NCBI GenBank assembly: GCA_964556145.1
Contig: CAZKVD010000001.1
Span: forward strand, 8,379-72,378
DNA: 64,000 nt
Direction of reading: 5' to 3'
Source: an uncultured Bifidobacterium sp.
GTDB taxonomy: Bacteria > Actinomycetota > Acidimicrobiia > Acidimicrobiales > Ilumatobacteraceae
Shown here: positions 7,683 through 16,918 of the stretch, piece by piece
Numbering within the stretch: position 1 is the first letter of the stretch
Layout of the letters: each line of letters starts with the position of its first letter
Translations under genes and position numbers: made by a program
The notes under the pieces: generated by a model
The model's input: the letters and a program-made list of their open reading frames with translations, nothing else
Databases searched by the model: none
What the model was told of the DNA's origin: nothing

Positions 7683-9260
7683 ATGGTGGATTCAAGCGAG
7701 CACAGCGAGATCGTCGAGGGTCTGCGTTCGGGCACGAACGAGGGTCTTGCGGCGTTCTACGACCTCTACGCCGACAAGCTCTACGACTTTGCCCGTCGCC
7801 AGTTGCGTGACGCCTCGCTTGCCGCCGACGTCGTGCACGACACGGTGCTCATCGTGAGAAGCCGCATCGGCCAGCTGCGCGACGAGTCGAAGTTCCGTGC
7901 CTGGGTGTATGCCATCGTGCGCAACGAAGTGCGCGCAAAGGCCCGTGCCCGCTCTCGCCACGTCCGCGAGGAGTACGCACCCGAACAATCCGTCGACCCC
8001 GACTTTGCCGGTGACCACGACCGCCGTGAGCTTGCCTCGTTGATCGACGAGGCCGTTGCCGGCCTGACCGAACGCGAACAAGAGGTGTTCCATCTCTTCG
8101 CCCGTCAGGGACTGTCGAATGACGAAATCGCCGCCAGCCTCGAGCTGAGTTTTGCCAACGCACAAAAGCTCGTGCAGCGCGTACGCGACCGCATCGCCCG
8201 CTCGGCAGGCGCGCTGCTCGTTGCCCGTCAGGGCCGCAAGGACTGCAACGACCTCAACATCCTGCTCGTCGACTGGGACGGCACGTTCTCGCCGCTGTGG
8301 CGCAAGCGCATCGCCCGCCATGTCGACGAATGCAGCGCCTGCGAACGTCGTCGTGCCGTACTGCTGCAGCCCGGTGGTGCCGTCATGGCGGCGCCGTACC
8401 ACGTGGCCCCGGCGTCGCTGCGCTCGCGCATCTTCGATTCGGTTGCTTCCGGCGTGCAGGTCGATCTCAGTGCGGTTCCCAAGGGTCCGTTCGTGCGTCG
8501 GCCCGCGGTGCTGTCGTCGGTTGCGGGGGTTGCCTTCGTGGTACTCGTTGGCGTTATGGCGAACAACGGCGGCGAGTCGCCGCGACTCGTGACGTCTGAA
8601 TCGGCGCCGGCGACGGCGTCGGTGGCGGAACCCGCCGACTCAACTGCCACCACCGCGCCGGTTGCGACCGTCGACTCGACTGCTTCCGCTGGCGCTACAG
8701 CAACTGTCTCCTCGACGGCCCCACCGACGCCCGGGACCATCGTCTCGCCGACAACTACCGCGAAGAAGCGGCCGACGACGTCTGTGCCGGCGGCGGAAAC
8801 CGTCGACTCGACTGCTGGCGCTGCAGCAACTGTCTCGTCGACGCTTCCGTCACCGACGTCAACGTCGCCGGCAGTCGTCCCAGCGGAGTCCGCATCGGCG
8901 ACGACCGTCTCGCCGTCCCCTGTTTCGGCCGTGCCGGCGACCACGACGACGTTGGCGGTGTCGAATTCACCCTCGAAGATTTCGTTCAACTCGTGTCTGC
9001 GATTCGGCGCCACGAACCAGAAGAACTTCGCCTATTCGGTGAGGGTGTCGGACCCGCAGGGAATTGCAGCGGTTCGGATGCAGATCAGTGGTGCGTCCGT
9101 GTGGCACGCCGCCGGCAGCTTCGGCAACGGAGTCTGGTTCACATCGATCGACAAACTCGATACTGCGGCAACCAAGGCGATGGTTGCCATCGAGGCGACC
9201 GACAAGGCAGGCGGGGTCACAACGGCCCAGATTCCGGTCTACGCAGCCACCTGCCCCTGA
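7683..9260 (+). CDS. ECF sigma factor fused to a ZAS anti-sigma domain, TM helix, Ser/Thr/Pro/Ala-rich linker and extracytoplasmic C-terminal domain
   Basis: ORF 7476..9260, start taken at ATG 7683 (MVDSSEHSE). Sigma region 2 (FRAWVYAIVRNE) and region 4 (LTEREQEVFHLFARQGLSNDEIA) are followed by HVDECSAC (Hx3Cx2C) and the TM segment PAVLSSVAGVAFVVLVGVMA. Confidence 0.8.
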   Translation: MVDSSEHSEIVEGLRSGTNEGLAAFYDLYADKLYDFARRQLRDASLAADVVHDTVLIVRSRIGQLRDESKFRAWVYAIVRNEVRAKARARSRHVREEYAPEQSVDPDFAGDHDRRELASLIDEAVAGLTEREQEVFHLFARQGLSNDEIAASLELSFANAQKLVQRVRDRIARSAGALLVARQGRKDCNDLNILLVDWDGTFSPLWRKRIARHVDECSACERRRAVLLQPGGAVMAAPYHVAPASLRSRIFDSVASGVQVDLSAVPKGPFVRRPAVLSSVAGVAFVVLVGVMANNGGESPRLVTSESAPATASVAEPADSTATTAPVATVDSTASAGATATVSSTAPPTPGTIVSPTTTAKKRPTTSVPAAETVDSTAGAAATVSSTLPSPTSTSPAVVPAESASATTVSPSPVSAVPATTTTLAVSNSPSKISFNSCLRFGATNQKNFAYSVRVSDPQGIAAVRMQISGASVWHAAGSFGNGVWFTSIDKLDTAATKAMVAIEATDKAGGVTTAQIPVYAATCP

Positions 9261-9309
9261 TCCGGCAAAAAAAGTGTCCGCCTGCCGGGCCCTTGTGGCT
9301 CTGTAGGGC

Positions 9310-10977
9310 ATGAAGCCACGACTCGCCCTCATTGCCACCACGTTCATCGTCGCCACGGCCACGGCCGTGGCATGCGCTCAAACCGCCTTTGCCGCAACCG
9401 ACAGCCGCGTCGTTTACGTGACGGCGGGCGACAAGCACACCTGCGCGCTGCTCGCCGACGGGGCGGTGCAGTGCTGGGGCAGCAACGACTTCGGCCAGCT
9501 GGGCAACGAAGACGTGGCGTCGTCGTCGACACCGGTGCCGGTCGCACTGCCCGCCGATGCACACATCGTTGCCATCGCCGCCGGTGGCTTTCACACCTGC
9601 GCCGTGGCCCGCGATCACCGAGTCTTTTGCTGGGGCTACAACGGTTGGGGGTCGCTTGGCATTGGAAACTCAACGAGTTCGGCGGTTCCAACTGAGGTCA
9701 CCCTTGCACCCACCGACGCAATTGCCACCGATGTGGCCGCAGGTGGCTTCACGTCGTGTGTGTTGTTGTCGAACGGCCGTGCGCAGTGCTGGGGTCGCAA
9801 CCAGTACGGCGAAGTGGGAGATGGCACCCGCGTCCTTCGCAACGTGCCCACGGCGGTCATCGGCATCGTTGACGCGCTCGACATCGAGGCGGGTGACAAC
9901 CACGTGTGTGCCCTGCGCGCCGTCGGCCGCATGCAGTGTTGGGGACGCAACCCCGACGGTCGCGCGGGTGACCCGACCATGGAAAACATTGCCGAGGTCA
10001 GCGCCGGCGCGGCGCACACGTGTGCGCGCACCACGGTGGGTGCACTGCGTTGCTGGGGCAACAACACCTACGGCCAGTTGACGCCGAACAACATTGACGC
10101 CGACGTCGCACGCGTGGCGGCAGGTGGCACGCACACGTGCGTCGTCAGCGCAGCCGGTGCAGTGGTGTGCTGGGGCGACTCGAGCCTCGGACAGTTGGGT
10201 GATCTCGACGCAATGCTGGCCGACCACCGTGCGAGCGACGTCGTGTCGGGCAAGCAGCACACCTGTGCGCTTCTCGACGATGCTTCAGTGTGGTGCTGGG
10301 GTCTCAGCCTGTCGGGCCAGGCCGGCAGTCATCCATTGGCGAATGCCGATGTTCCCGTGCGTTTGATGGCCGGAGTGGCGACCCCACCGGCACCCGAGCC
10401 GCAGCCGACACAGCCCGAACCGACATTGCCCCAGCCCGTGACTCCCGAGCCGACACCGACGACGCCGGTGATCGAAGCCCCGATTGCACCGACACCCGCA
10501 CCGGTGGTGACCCAGCCGGTCGTCGAAGCACCTGCACCGGTCGAGAAGTCGGCGCCGTCGCCCGAGGTTGTCGTGGTGCCGCCCGCAGTGGCGCCACAAC
10601 CCGTGACGCCGTCGATTCCGAAGTTGGCATACGTGGAACTGCGCCTTGGCCAGCAGGTGGGTCTGGTGCGACTTGGTCGTAGTGCAGGTGTGCGCCTGCC
10701 GGGGTCGTTGATCGCGGGTTCGTTGACTCGTCAGCGCAGCGTGAGCGCGCATCCATTCAACGCACTGCGCGTCGAGGCAACGGTCAGCCATCCGCGCAAC
10801 TGCCGCAACGTGTTGACGTCGAACCTTGGCGCGGCGGTGCGCGCGACACGGGTGGGGGAGTGCCGCGTGACGTTGCGCATCAACCGTGGTGCCAAGCCCG
10901 CCTTGGAGCGCACGGTGGTCATTCGCACGACGGCTTATGCGGTGCCCGGGAACAACTTGGCGCGCAATACCCGTTGA
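9310..10977 (+). CDS. secreted RCC1-repeat beta-propeller protein with Pro-rich linker and C-terminal domain
   Basis: Signal peptide ending AQTAFA. At least 7 repeats of HTCAL...CWG.N.(F/Y)GQLG. Followed by a PxP linker of about 90 aa. Confidence 0.85.
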   Translation: MKPRLALIATTFIVATATAVACAQTAFAATDSRVVYVTAGDKHTCALLADGAVQCWGSNDFGQLGNEDVASSSTPVPVALPADAHIVAIAAGGFHTCAVARDHRVFCWGYNGWGSLGIGNSTSSAVPTEVTLAPTDAIATDVAAGGFTSCVLLSNGRAQCWGRNQYGEVGDGTRVLRNVPTAVIGIVDALDIEAGDNHVCALRAVGRMQCWGRNPDGRAGDPTMENIAEVSAGAAHTCARTTVGALRCWGNNTYGQLTPNNIDADVARVAAGGTHTCVVSAAGAVVCWGDSSLGQLGDLDAMLADHRASDVVSGKQHTCALLDDASVWCWGLSLSGQAGSHPLANADVPVRLMAGVATPPAPEPQPTQPEPTLPQPVTPEPTPTTPVIEAPIAPTPAPVVTQPVVEAPAPVEKSAPSPEVVVVPPAVAPQPVTPSIPKLAYVELRLGQQVGLVRLGRSAGVRLPGSLIAGSLTRQRSVSAHPFNALRVEATVSHPRNCRNVLTSNLGAAVRATRVGECRVTLRINRGAKPALERTVVIRTTAYAVPGNNLARNTR

Positions 10978-11006
10978 ACAGGTCGTGTTGCCGTGGTGGG
11001 CACATG

Positions 11007-11040
11007 AAAAGAGCCCCGGCCGTGCGGCCGGGGCTCTTTT
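11007..11040. terminator. bidirectional intrinsic terminator between convergent genes
   Basis: AAAA-GAGCCCCGGCC-gtg-(C)GGCCGGGGCTC-TTTT, located between the RCC1 gene stop (10977) and the ABC ATPase stop (11100). Confidence 0.8.
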
Positions 11041-11099
11041 GCATTCGTCTTTCGACTGGCGTCGTCCTAGTGGCCTCCGCTGTGTCTAGCGGCTTCGGC

Positions 11100-11822
11100 C
11101 TAGTGGCCTCCGCCGAGATAGCTCGCCTCGAGGAGGGCGCGGTTGGCCTGCAGTTCCTTGGCGGAACCTTCCATCGTGAGCTCGCCGTGTGCCATGACGT
11201 AGCCGCGGTCGGCGACGCTGAGCGCGAGGCCGACGTGCTGCTCGACCATCAACACGCCTGCGCCCGTCTTGTCCGCAATTTCGCGGACGATCGGGAGCAT
11301 GCGCTCGACGATGATCGGTGCAAGACCGAGGCTCATTTCGTCGACCAGCAGCACCTTTGGCTCGGAGGCAAGGCCGCGGGCCATGGCGAGCATCTGCTGC
11401 TCGCCACCCGACAACAAGCCCGCACGACGGTCGACGAGCGGCCGCAGTGCAGGGAACATTGTGAGGGCGTTTTCCATGGCTGCCGCACGCTGTGCGCGGT
11501 CGGGTGTGAGCCCGAGTCGCAGGTTCTCCTGAACGGTGAGGTCGAAGAAGAGCGAGCGGTCTTCGGCCACGTGGGCCATACCGCGACGCGCAATCTTGTC
11601 GGGACGTTCACCGATGGTTGACTGGCCGAGCACGTTGATGTTGCCCGACACCGGCTTCAGGATGCCGCTGATCGTGAGGAGGGTCGTGGTCTTTCCCGCA
11701 CCGTTGGGTCCGAGAAGAGCGACGACTTCACCCGGGTTGACGTGCAGGTTGAGACCGCGGACGACGGGGATGCCGCCGTAACCCGCGTTCAGGTTCTGCA
11801 CTTCGATGACTGGCTGACTCAT
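11100..11822 (-). CDS. branched-chain amino-acid-type ABC transporter ATP-binding protein (LivF-like)
   Basis: ORF 11100..11987, start taken at MSQPVIEVQNL. Walker A GPNGAGKTT, signature LSGGEQQ. Confidence 0.9.
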   Translation of the reverse strand: MSQPVIEVQNLNAGYGGIPVVRGLNLHVNPGEVVALLGPNGAGKTTTLLTISGILKPVSGNINVLGQSTIGERPDKIARRGMAHVAEDRSLFFDLTVQENLRLGLTPDRAQRAAAMENALTMFPALRPLVDRRAGLLSGGEQQMLAMARGLASEPKVLLVDEMSLGLAPIIVERMLPIVREIADKTGAGVLMVEQHVGLALSVADRGYVMAHGELTMEGSAKELQANRALLEASYLGGGH

Positions 11823-11824
11823 GA

Positions 11825-12628
11825 TCAGTGTCCTCCCTGCTGGCGCGCTGCGGCGCCTTCCTGTGCCTGAATTTCTCCGGCCGATTCGCCGAGATAAGCC
11901 TTGATGACTTCGGGATGCTTGCGGACCTCGTCGGGTGTTCCCTCGGCGATGATCTTTCCGAAGTCGAGCACGTAGATGTAATCGCACACGCTGAGCACGA
12001 GGCCCATGTCGTGGTCGATCAGGAACAACGTGATGTCCCGCTTCAGAATTTCGCGGAGGTGAGAACCCAACTGCTGCGACTCGACGGTGTCGAGACCGGC
12101 AGCGGGTTCATCCAACAGCAAAAGGTCGGGCTTTGCGGCCAGGCCTCGGGCGACGCTGACCAGCTTGCGCTGGCCGTGCGAGAGGTCGAGGGTGAGGCGA
12201 TCCTTCCGGGCGGACAGACCAAGAAGATTGAGCGCCCACTCGGCCTGCTCTTCGACGCCCACCTTGCGGCGCGGCTGGACGATGTCGGCGAGGAACGACC
12301 ACCACTTGGTCTCTTCGGCCATCACGATGAGGTTGTCCCACACCGTCAGGTCTTCGAAGAGCTCGAGCGACTGGAAGGTACGCACGAGGCCGTTGCGCGA
12401 ACGCTGAGCCGGCGTGGAACCCACCATGTCCTGGCCGCGGAATTCGGCCTTGCCCGATGAGATGTTGGTGAACCCCGTGATGGCATCGATGAAGGTGGTC
12501 TTGCCGGCACCATTCGGGCCGATGAGACCCGTCAACTTGCCTTTTTCCACCTTGATGTTGACGTTCGAGTTTGCGTGCAGACCGCCGTACGAAACGGTGA
12601 GGTCGTGTGTTTCGAGAAGAGCACTCAC
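11825..12628 (-). CDS. branched-chain amino-acid-type ABC transporter ATP-binding protein (LivG-like)
   Basis: Walker A GPNGAGKTT, signature LSHGQRK, and the C-terminal extension typical of LivG. Confidence 0.9.
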   Translation of the reverse strand: MSALLETHDLTVSYGGLHANSNVNIKVEKGKLTGLIGPNGAGKTTFIDAITGFTNISSGKAEFRGQDMVGSTPAQRSRNGLVRTFQSLELFEDLTVWDNLIVMAEETKWWSFLADIVQPRRKVGVEEQAEWALNLLGLSARKDRLTLDLSHGQRKLVSVARGLAAKPDLLLLDEPAAGLDTVESQQLGSHLREILKRDITLFLIDHDMGLVLSVCDYIYVLDFGKIIAEGTPDEVRKHPEVIKAYLGESAGEIQAQEGAAARQQGGH

Positions 12629-14958
12629 TTTGCTGCCTCCATTTCGGCGAGGAATTTCTGAAGTTCGGCTTCTTTGGCTGCCGCAACCTTGCGGGCGGCG
12701 ATCACCTGAACGGCAATCGAGCGGATGAAGAAGACCAGGAAGATTCCCGTCATTGCCATCCAGAAGCGTGAGTAGTCATCGGTACGCCACGGGTTGATGC
12801 CGATGGCACCCCACGCGGCGCCGCCCACGAGGTACGGGCCGTAGCGCTTGACCGAGGTGAACCACTCCTTGGCACGAGCCTTCAACAGCCAACCACCGAG
12901 ATGCTGCATGAGCGGCTGGAAGATCGATGCCTGACCTGCGGGGTGAATCACCGCGGTCAGGATCATTCCGATGCCACCCATGATCGAGGTGTAGTTGAAG
13001 AGGCCCGGTGAGTTCCATGTTCCGAAGAACGCAACGATGCCACCGCCGGCGATCATGCCGCCGAGAATCGCACCGTTGATCGACGTGATGCCACCGAGGT
13101 AGCAGAAGGCAAGGGCGCTGAGGCCGATGCCGTACTCCCACGAGGTGGCTGCCGTTTGGCTGGTTTGGTACGCGGTCATGATGCCTGCGACGCCTGCAAC
13201 CGCCGACGCGAGACCGAAGGCGAGGAACTTCGTCTTCGGCACGTCGATGCCGGCCGATGCCGCTGCACGCTCGTTGGCGCGCACTGCCAGGAACCGGCGA
13301 CCCGAGCTACCGCGTCGGATATTGGCGACGAACACGCAGAGTCCTGCGAGCACGATCAACGCGAACAACGCGAACTTCGGTGAGTCGGTGAGACCCGAAC
13401 TGCTGGTCGATCCGATGTCGACACCGAAGAACGTCGGCTTCGGGAACGTGTAGGCCGAACCACCCTGCAGGGCGGTCAGCTTCGAGTTCTCGAAGTAGAA
13501 CGTGTAGATCGAGATCGACGCCGCAATGGTGACGACCGCCAACTGAACGCCGCGGATTCGCAGCGCCGGAATTGCCAACAGCAATCCGACGATGACGGCA
13601 ACCGCAATACCGACGACTGATGCAAGCGGCCACGGCCAACCGGGTCCGCTGACGGCGAACGGGTCGAACTCGGCCGTACGGGCACCGCCCTTGGCAATCA
13701 GTCGAGCCGTCACGAACGCCGCGATACCGGCGAGGGTGATCTGCACGAGCGAGATCTGGCCGACGTAGCCCGAGAGCAACACCATCGAGAGTCCGAGCAT
13801 TCCTGCCACGAGGCTGGTCGTGAAGGCAAATCCCCACGGTCCGGTGAGACCACCCCAGCCCCAGTCGCCGGGAAGACCGGCGGCGAAGACGAAGCCCAGC
13901 GGCACGAAGACGGCCACGTACTTGCCGACTCGCTGCGGGTACGGAGCCAACGGGAGGCGCTTTTCTTCGATGTTGCCACGCACCGGGAGGCTCTTGCCTC
14001 GGGTGAACAGCACGATCACGATGATGATGAGCGGCACCGCTTCGCGGATACCCGACTGTCCCCACTCGGGGAACCAGTGCTGGCTGACCATCCACGTTCC
14101 GGTGAAGTTCTGCAACAGGCCAATGATGAGGCCACCCGCAACCGCGAGCGGAATCGAGGACATGCCGCCGATGAGGGCTGCGCCCAATGCCGGCACGATG
14201 AGGCCGGTGAACTTGCCGACGCCGAGCGAGCCCGTGATGGTTCCCGAGAAGATTCCGACCACGCCGGCGAGGGCAGCGGCAAGCATCCAGTTGTACAGAG
14301 CGAGGCGATCGGGGGAGTAGCCGAGAAGCACTGCACCCTTTTCGTTGCCCGCAGCGGCTCGCGTTGCGAGTCCTGCACGTGTGTAGGCGTAGAACCACCA
14401 CACCGCACCACCAATGATGATCGACAGTGCCGCGAAGGCAAGCGACTCATACGACACCTGGCCACCAAGACCGAGGAAGTTCTTGAAGGTCTTGCCCTTG
14501 AACAACACCGCCTCGGGGTTCGGAATCTGTGAGCCGAATTGCAGCGACGCAAGACCAAGGAAGTATGTCATCACGCCGATGGCGCCGATGACCTTTCCGA
14601 GAGGTGCTGCGTTGCGCAACGGTTTGAACACGAGGTAGTGGATTCCGGCACCGAGAAGGAGCGCGGTTGCCATGGCAAGAATTGCGGCCAACAACACGTT
14701 GACACCAACTCCGTTGTTCAGCGAGAAGCGAACGGGCAAGTTCAACGTTTTTGTGGGAAGGATGTCGAACCACGGCAAGTGGAAGATTCCTTCGTTGCGC
14801 AAATAGAAGAATTGGAAGGCGACGTACATCGCGATTGCACCGTGTGCAAAGTTGATGACGCCCGACCCCTTGTATGCCGTCACGATTCCCATCGCCATCA
14901 GAGCGAAGAAACCGCCGGCACCCAATCCCATGATCGAGTAGAGCAGTGCTTCTTTCAT
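12625..14958 (-). CDS. fused LivH-LivM-type ABC permease
   Basis: ORF 12625..15123, start taken at MKEALLYSIMGLG. It is 777 aa with two permease modules in one polypeptide. Its stop overlaps the ATPase gene start. Confidence 0.8.
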   Translation of the reverse strand: MKEALLYSIMGLGAGGFFALMAMGIVTAYKGSGVINFAHGAIAMYVAFQFFYLRNEGIFHLPWFDILPTKTLNLPVRFSLNNGVGVNVLLAAILAMATALLLGAGIHYLVFKPLRNAAPLGKVIGAIGVMTYFLGLASLQFGSQIPNPEAVLFKGKTFKNFLGLGGQVSYESLAFAALSIIIGGAVWWFYAYTRAGLATRAAAGNEKGAVLLGYSPDRLALYNWMLAAALAGVVGIFSGTITGSLGVGKFTGLIVPALGAALIGGMSSIPLAVAGGLIIGLLQNFTGTWMVSQHWFPEWGQSGIREAVPLIIIVIVLFTRGKSLPVRGNIEEKRLPLAPYPQRVGKYVAVFVPLGFVFAAGLPGDWGWGGLTGPWGFAFTTSLVAGMLGLSMVLLSGYVGQISLVQITLAGIAAFVTARLIAKGGARTAEFDPFAVSGPGWPWPLASVVGIAVAVIVGLLLAIPALRIRGVQLAVVTIAASISIYTFYFENSKLTALQGGSAYTFPKPTFFGVDIGSTSSSGLTDSPKFALFALIVLAGLCVFVANIRRGSSGRRFLAVRANERAAASAGIDVPKTKFLAFGLASAVAGVAGIMTAYQTSQTAATSWEYGIGLSALAFCYLGGITSINGAILGGMIAGGGIVAFFGTWNSPGLFNYTSIMGGIGMILTAVIHPAGQASIFQPLMQHLGGWLLKARAKEWFTSVKRYGPYLVGGAAWGAIGINPWRTDDYSRFWMAMTGIFLVFFIRSIAVQVIAARKVAAAKEAELQKFLAEMEAAK

Positions 14959-15090
14959 GATCCCCCTGTTGAGTCGCGGCGTTTTCGCCGACAACGACGC
15001 TTGTTGCATGTACAAAAAGCGTTGCTCGATGTTACACGCGTCACGCCTCACCCAAGGAAAAATCAGAGCGGGAAGATCGAACCGAGAGAA

Positions 15091-15130
15091 CAAAAAAGTA
15101 AGAGGGGGTGGTCTTGCGACCACCCCCTCT
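15091..15130 (-). terminator. strong intrinsic terminator/attenuator between the binding-protein gene and the permease gene
   Basis: On the minus strand, AGAGGGGGTGGTC-gcaa-GACCACCCCCTCT (13-bp perfect stem) is followed by TACTTTTTTG. Confidence 0.8.
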
Positions 15131-15173
15131 TCTTCGAGTTCTTCCGCACGAAGCGGATGATCGAAGTGTTACT

Positions 15174-16685
15174 TCACTTCACTTCTTCAAGGCGCAGTTC
15201 GTCACCCTTGCCGACAAGCACGAGGCCCGAGAAGTCTTGGGCGCCCTTCACTGCCTTCAGCTTGGTGCCGTTCCACTGGCTCGCCGAAACTTCCGAAGCA
15301 CACACTGCGACGTACGGCTTGATTGCCTTGGCGCAGTTCATGCCGGTCGCGCCGAATGCAACGTGACCATTCGTGGCCTTGAACTTCTTCTGCACATCGG
15401 CACCGGTCGCCTTGGCGCCGCCTGCGAGGTCCATCATCATCCAGATGTTGATGACGCCACCGAAGCCCTGCGTTGCAAAGCCGGTACCGGTGAGCTTCTG
15501 GTCCTTCGAGTACTTCGCCATCTTGTCGCGGTAGGTGATAGCAGCGGTCTTCTGGAAGCCGGTGAGGGCATCCGGGTCGAGGATCGACAGACCACCGATG
15601 GTGTAGATGCCCTTGATCTGGTTGCCGAGCTTGCCCATCGTCACGAGGTCGATGCAAGCACCAGACAGAACGACCGGGAAGCTCTTCGGGGTCCAGCCCT
15701 GCTTGATCATCTCGTTCATCCAGGTCCAGCACTCCGAACCCTGGTTCGAGTAGACCATTACGTCCGGCTTGAAGTTGAGGATCTGTGCCACTTCGGCCGA
15801 CACGTCGGCCTTGCCGGTGATGACCGGAACGCCCACGTAGCTCGTCTTCGGCATGGTGCCCTTCAACTTGGCTGTCGACTTGATCTTGGCTCCCGAAAGG
15901 GTCTTGCCGGCGAGCGTGTCGAGCGGCTTTGCCTCGAGGTCGTTGTAGCAGAAGATGCCAGGTGCCGACTTGGCCCACGGAACGCCGACCTTGCCACCCT
16001 GGGGCTTCTTCAACGTGTTCTTCAGCAGGTACTGCGTCGCGTAGGTGATCAAACCGAGGTGAACACCGAGGCAGCCGCCGCCTGCGCCGATGGCGAAGGT
16101 TGCGGGCGAGGTGAAGTCCTTCGGGTAGATCGGCGTACCGACGATTACCGGGATCTTGCGAGCCTGGTAGATCGGGAAGTGCGCGTCACCGAATGCAAGC
16201 GAAGCGAACACCAAAAGCGGGTTCTTCGCCGACAAGGTGTTTGCACAACCCGGCAGTTCGGCCGGAACGAGTGCGTTGTACTTGCACACCTCGAGCTTCA
16301 GCGGACGGCCAGGGATTCCCTTGGCAACGTCGGCGCCAATGCCACCGAGCTGGTTGTTGATGTACTCGACTGCAGCCTCGGCTGCGACGCGGTACTCAGG
16401 GAAGTTGATGACCGGACCCTCGGGGTTCTGGAAACCGATGGTGATCGCGTCACCAGACGCGACGAGCGGGGCCTTGTCACCGCATGCGAGGCGCTGGGCC
16501 AGCCAGCCGGCGTTCAAGCCTTCCTTCGCATCGAGTGCGGCATTCAACTTGACGGTGCACTTGGCACCTGCGGACTTGACGCCCGCATTGTTGCTCTTTG
16601 CGGAAACCGCGCCGGCACCCATCGACAGAGCTGCTGCAACAGCGACTGCGACGGGAACCAGGAATTTCCTTTTCTGGTTCTTCAA
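15174..16685 (-). CDS. ABC transporter substrate-binding protein (LivJ/K-like periplasmic binding fold type I)
   Basis: ORF 15174..17108. Start proposed at TTG (complement of 16683-16685), 5 nt after GGGGGA, giving the signal peptide LKNQKRKFLVPVAVAVAAALSMGAGAVSA. An alternative ATG lies at 16742. Confidence 0.8.
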   Translation of the reverse strand: MKNQKRKFLVPVAVAVAAALSMGAGAVSAKSNNAGVKSAGAKCTVKLNAALDAKEGLNAGWLAQRLACGDKAPLVASGDAITIGFQNPEGPVINFPEYRVAAEAAVEYINNQLGGIGADVAKGIPGRPLKLEVCKYNALVPAELPGCANTLSAKNPLLVFASLAFGDAHFPIYQARKIPVIVGTPIYPKDFTSPATFAIGAGGGCLGVHLGLITYATQYLLKNTLKKPQGGKVGVPWAKSAPGIFCYNDLEAKPLDTLAGKTLSGAKIKSTAKLKGTMPKTSYVGVPVITGKADVSAEVAQILNFKPDVMVYSNQGSECWTWMNEMIKQGWTPKSFPVVLSGACIDLVTMGKLGNQIKGIYTIGGLSILDPDALTGFQKTAAITYRDKMAKYSKDQKLTGTGFATQGFGGVINIWMMMDLAGGAKATGADVQKKFKATNGHVAFGATGMNCAKAIKPYVAVCASEVSASQWNGTKLKAVKGAQDFSGLVLVGKGDELRLEEVK

Positions 16686-16703
16686 ATGTTCCCCCTGTGA
16701 ACA

Positions 16704-16719
16704 CGGGCACGTGTGCCCG
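16704..16719. promoter_or_regulatory. perfect 16-bp palindrome CGGGCACGTGTGCCCG upstream of the binding-protein gene
   Basis: Read directly from the sequence. Lies 19 nt upstream of the proposed TTG start. Function unknown (operator or leader hairpin). Confidence 0.3.
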
Positions 16720-16918
16720 ATTGTTGATGTGACAACCGGCATGCCGGCTCGCTCACTATAACCATGGTCACACCGCCAAGTAAATGGAACCGCAACACAA
16801 AACCCTTGCAAAACAAGGCTTCTTTGCAGGGTGCAGGAAGTTCGCTCGTGCAATTGCGAACGCCGCAACGTCGCTTCGCGAGTTACCGCGCGGTACGCGC
16901 CGTAATCGAAACGAAAAC

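Noticed and set aside
15108-16700. 530-aa plus-strand ORF opposite the substrate-binding-protein gene
   Set aside because: It is an antisense shadow. The minus-strand frame has a signal peptide and binding-protein features.
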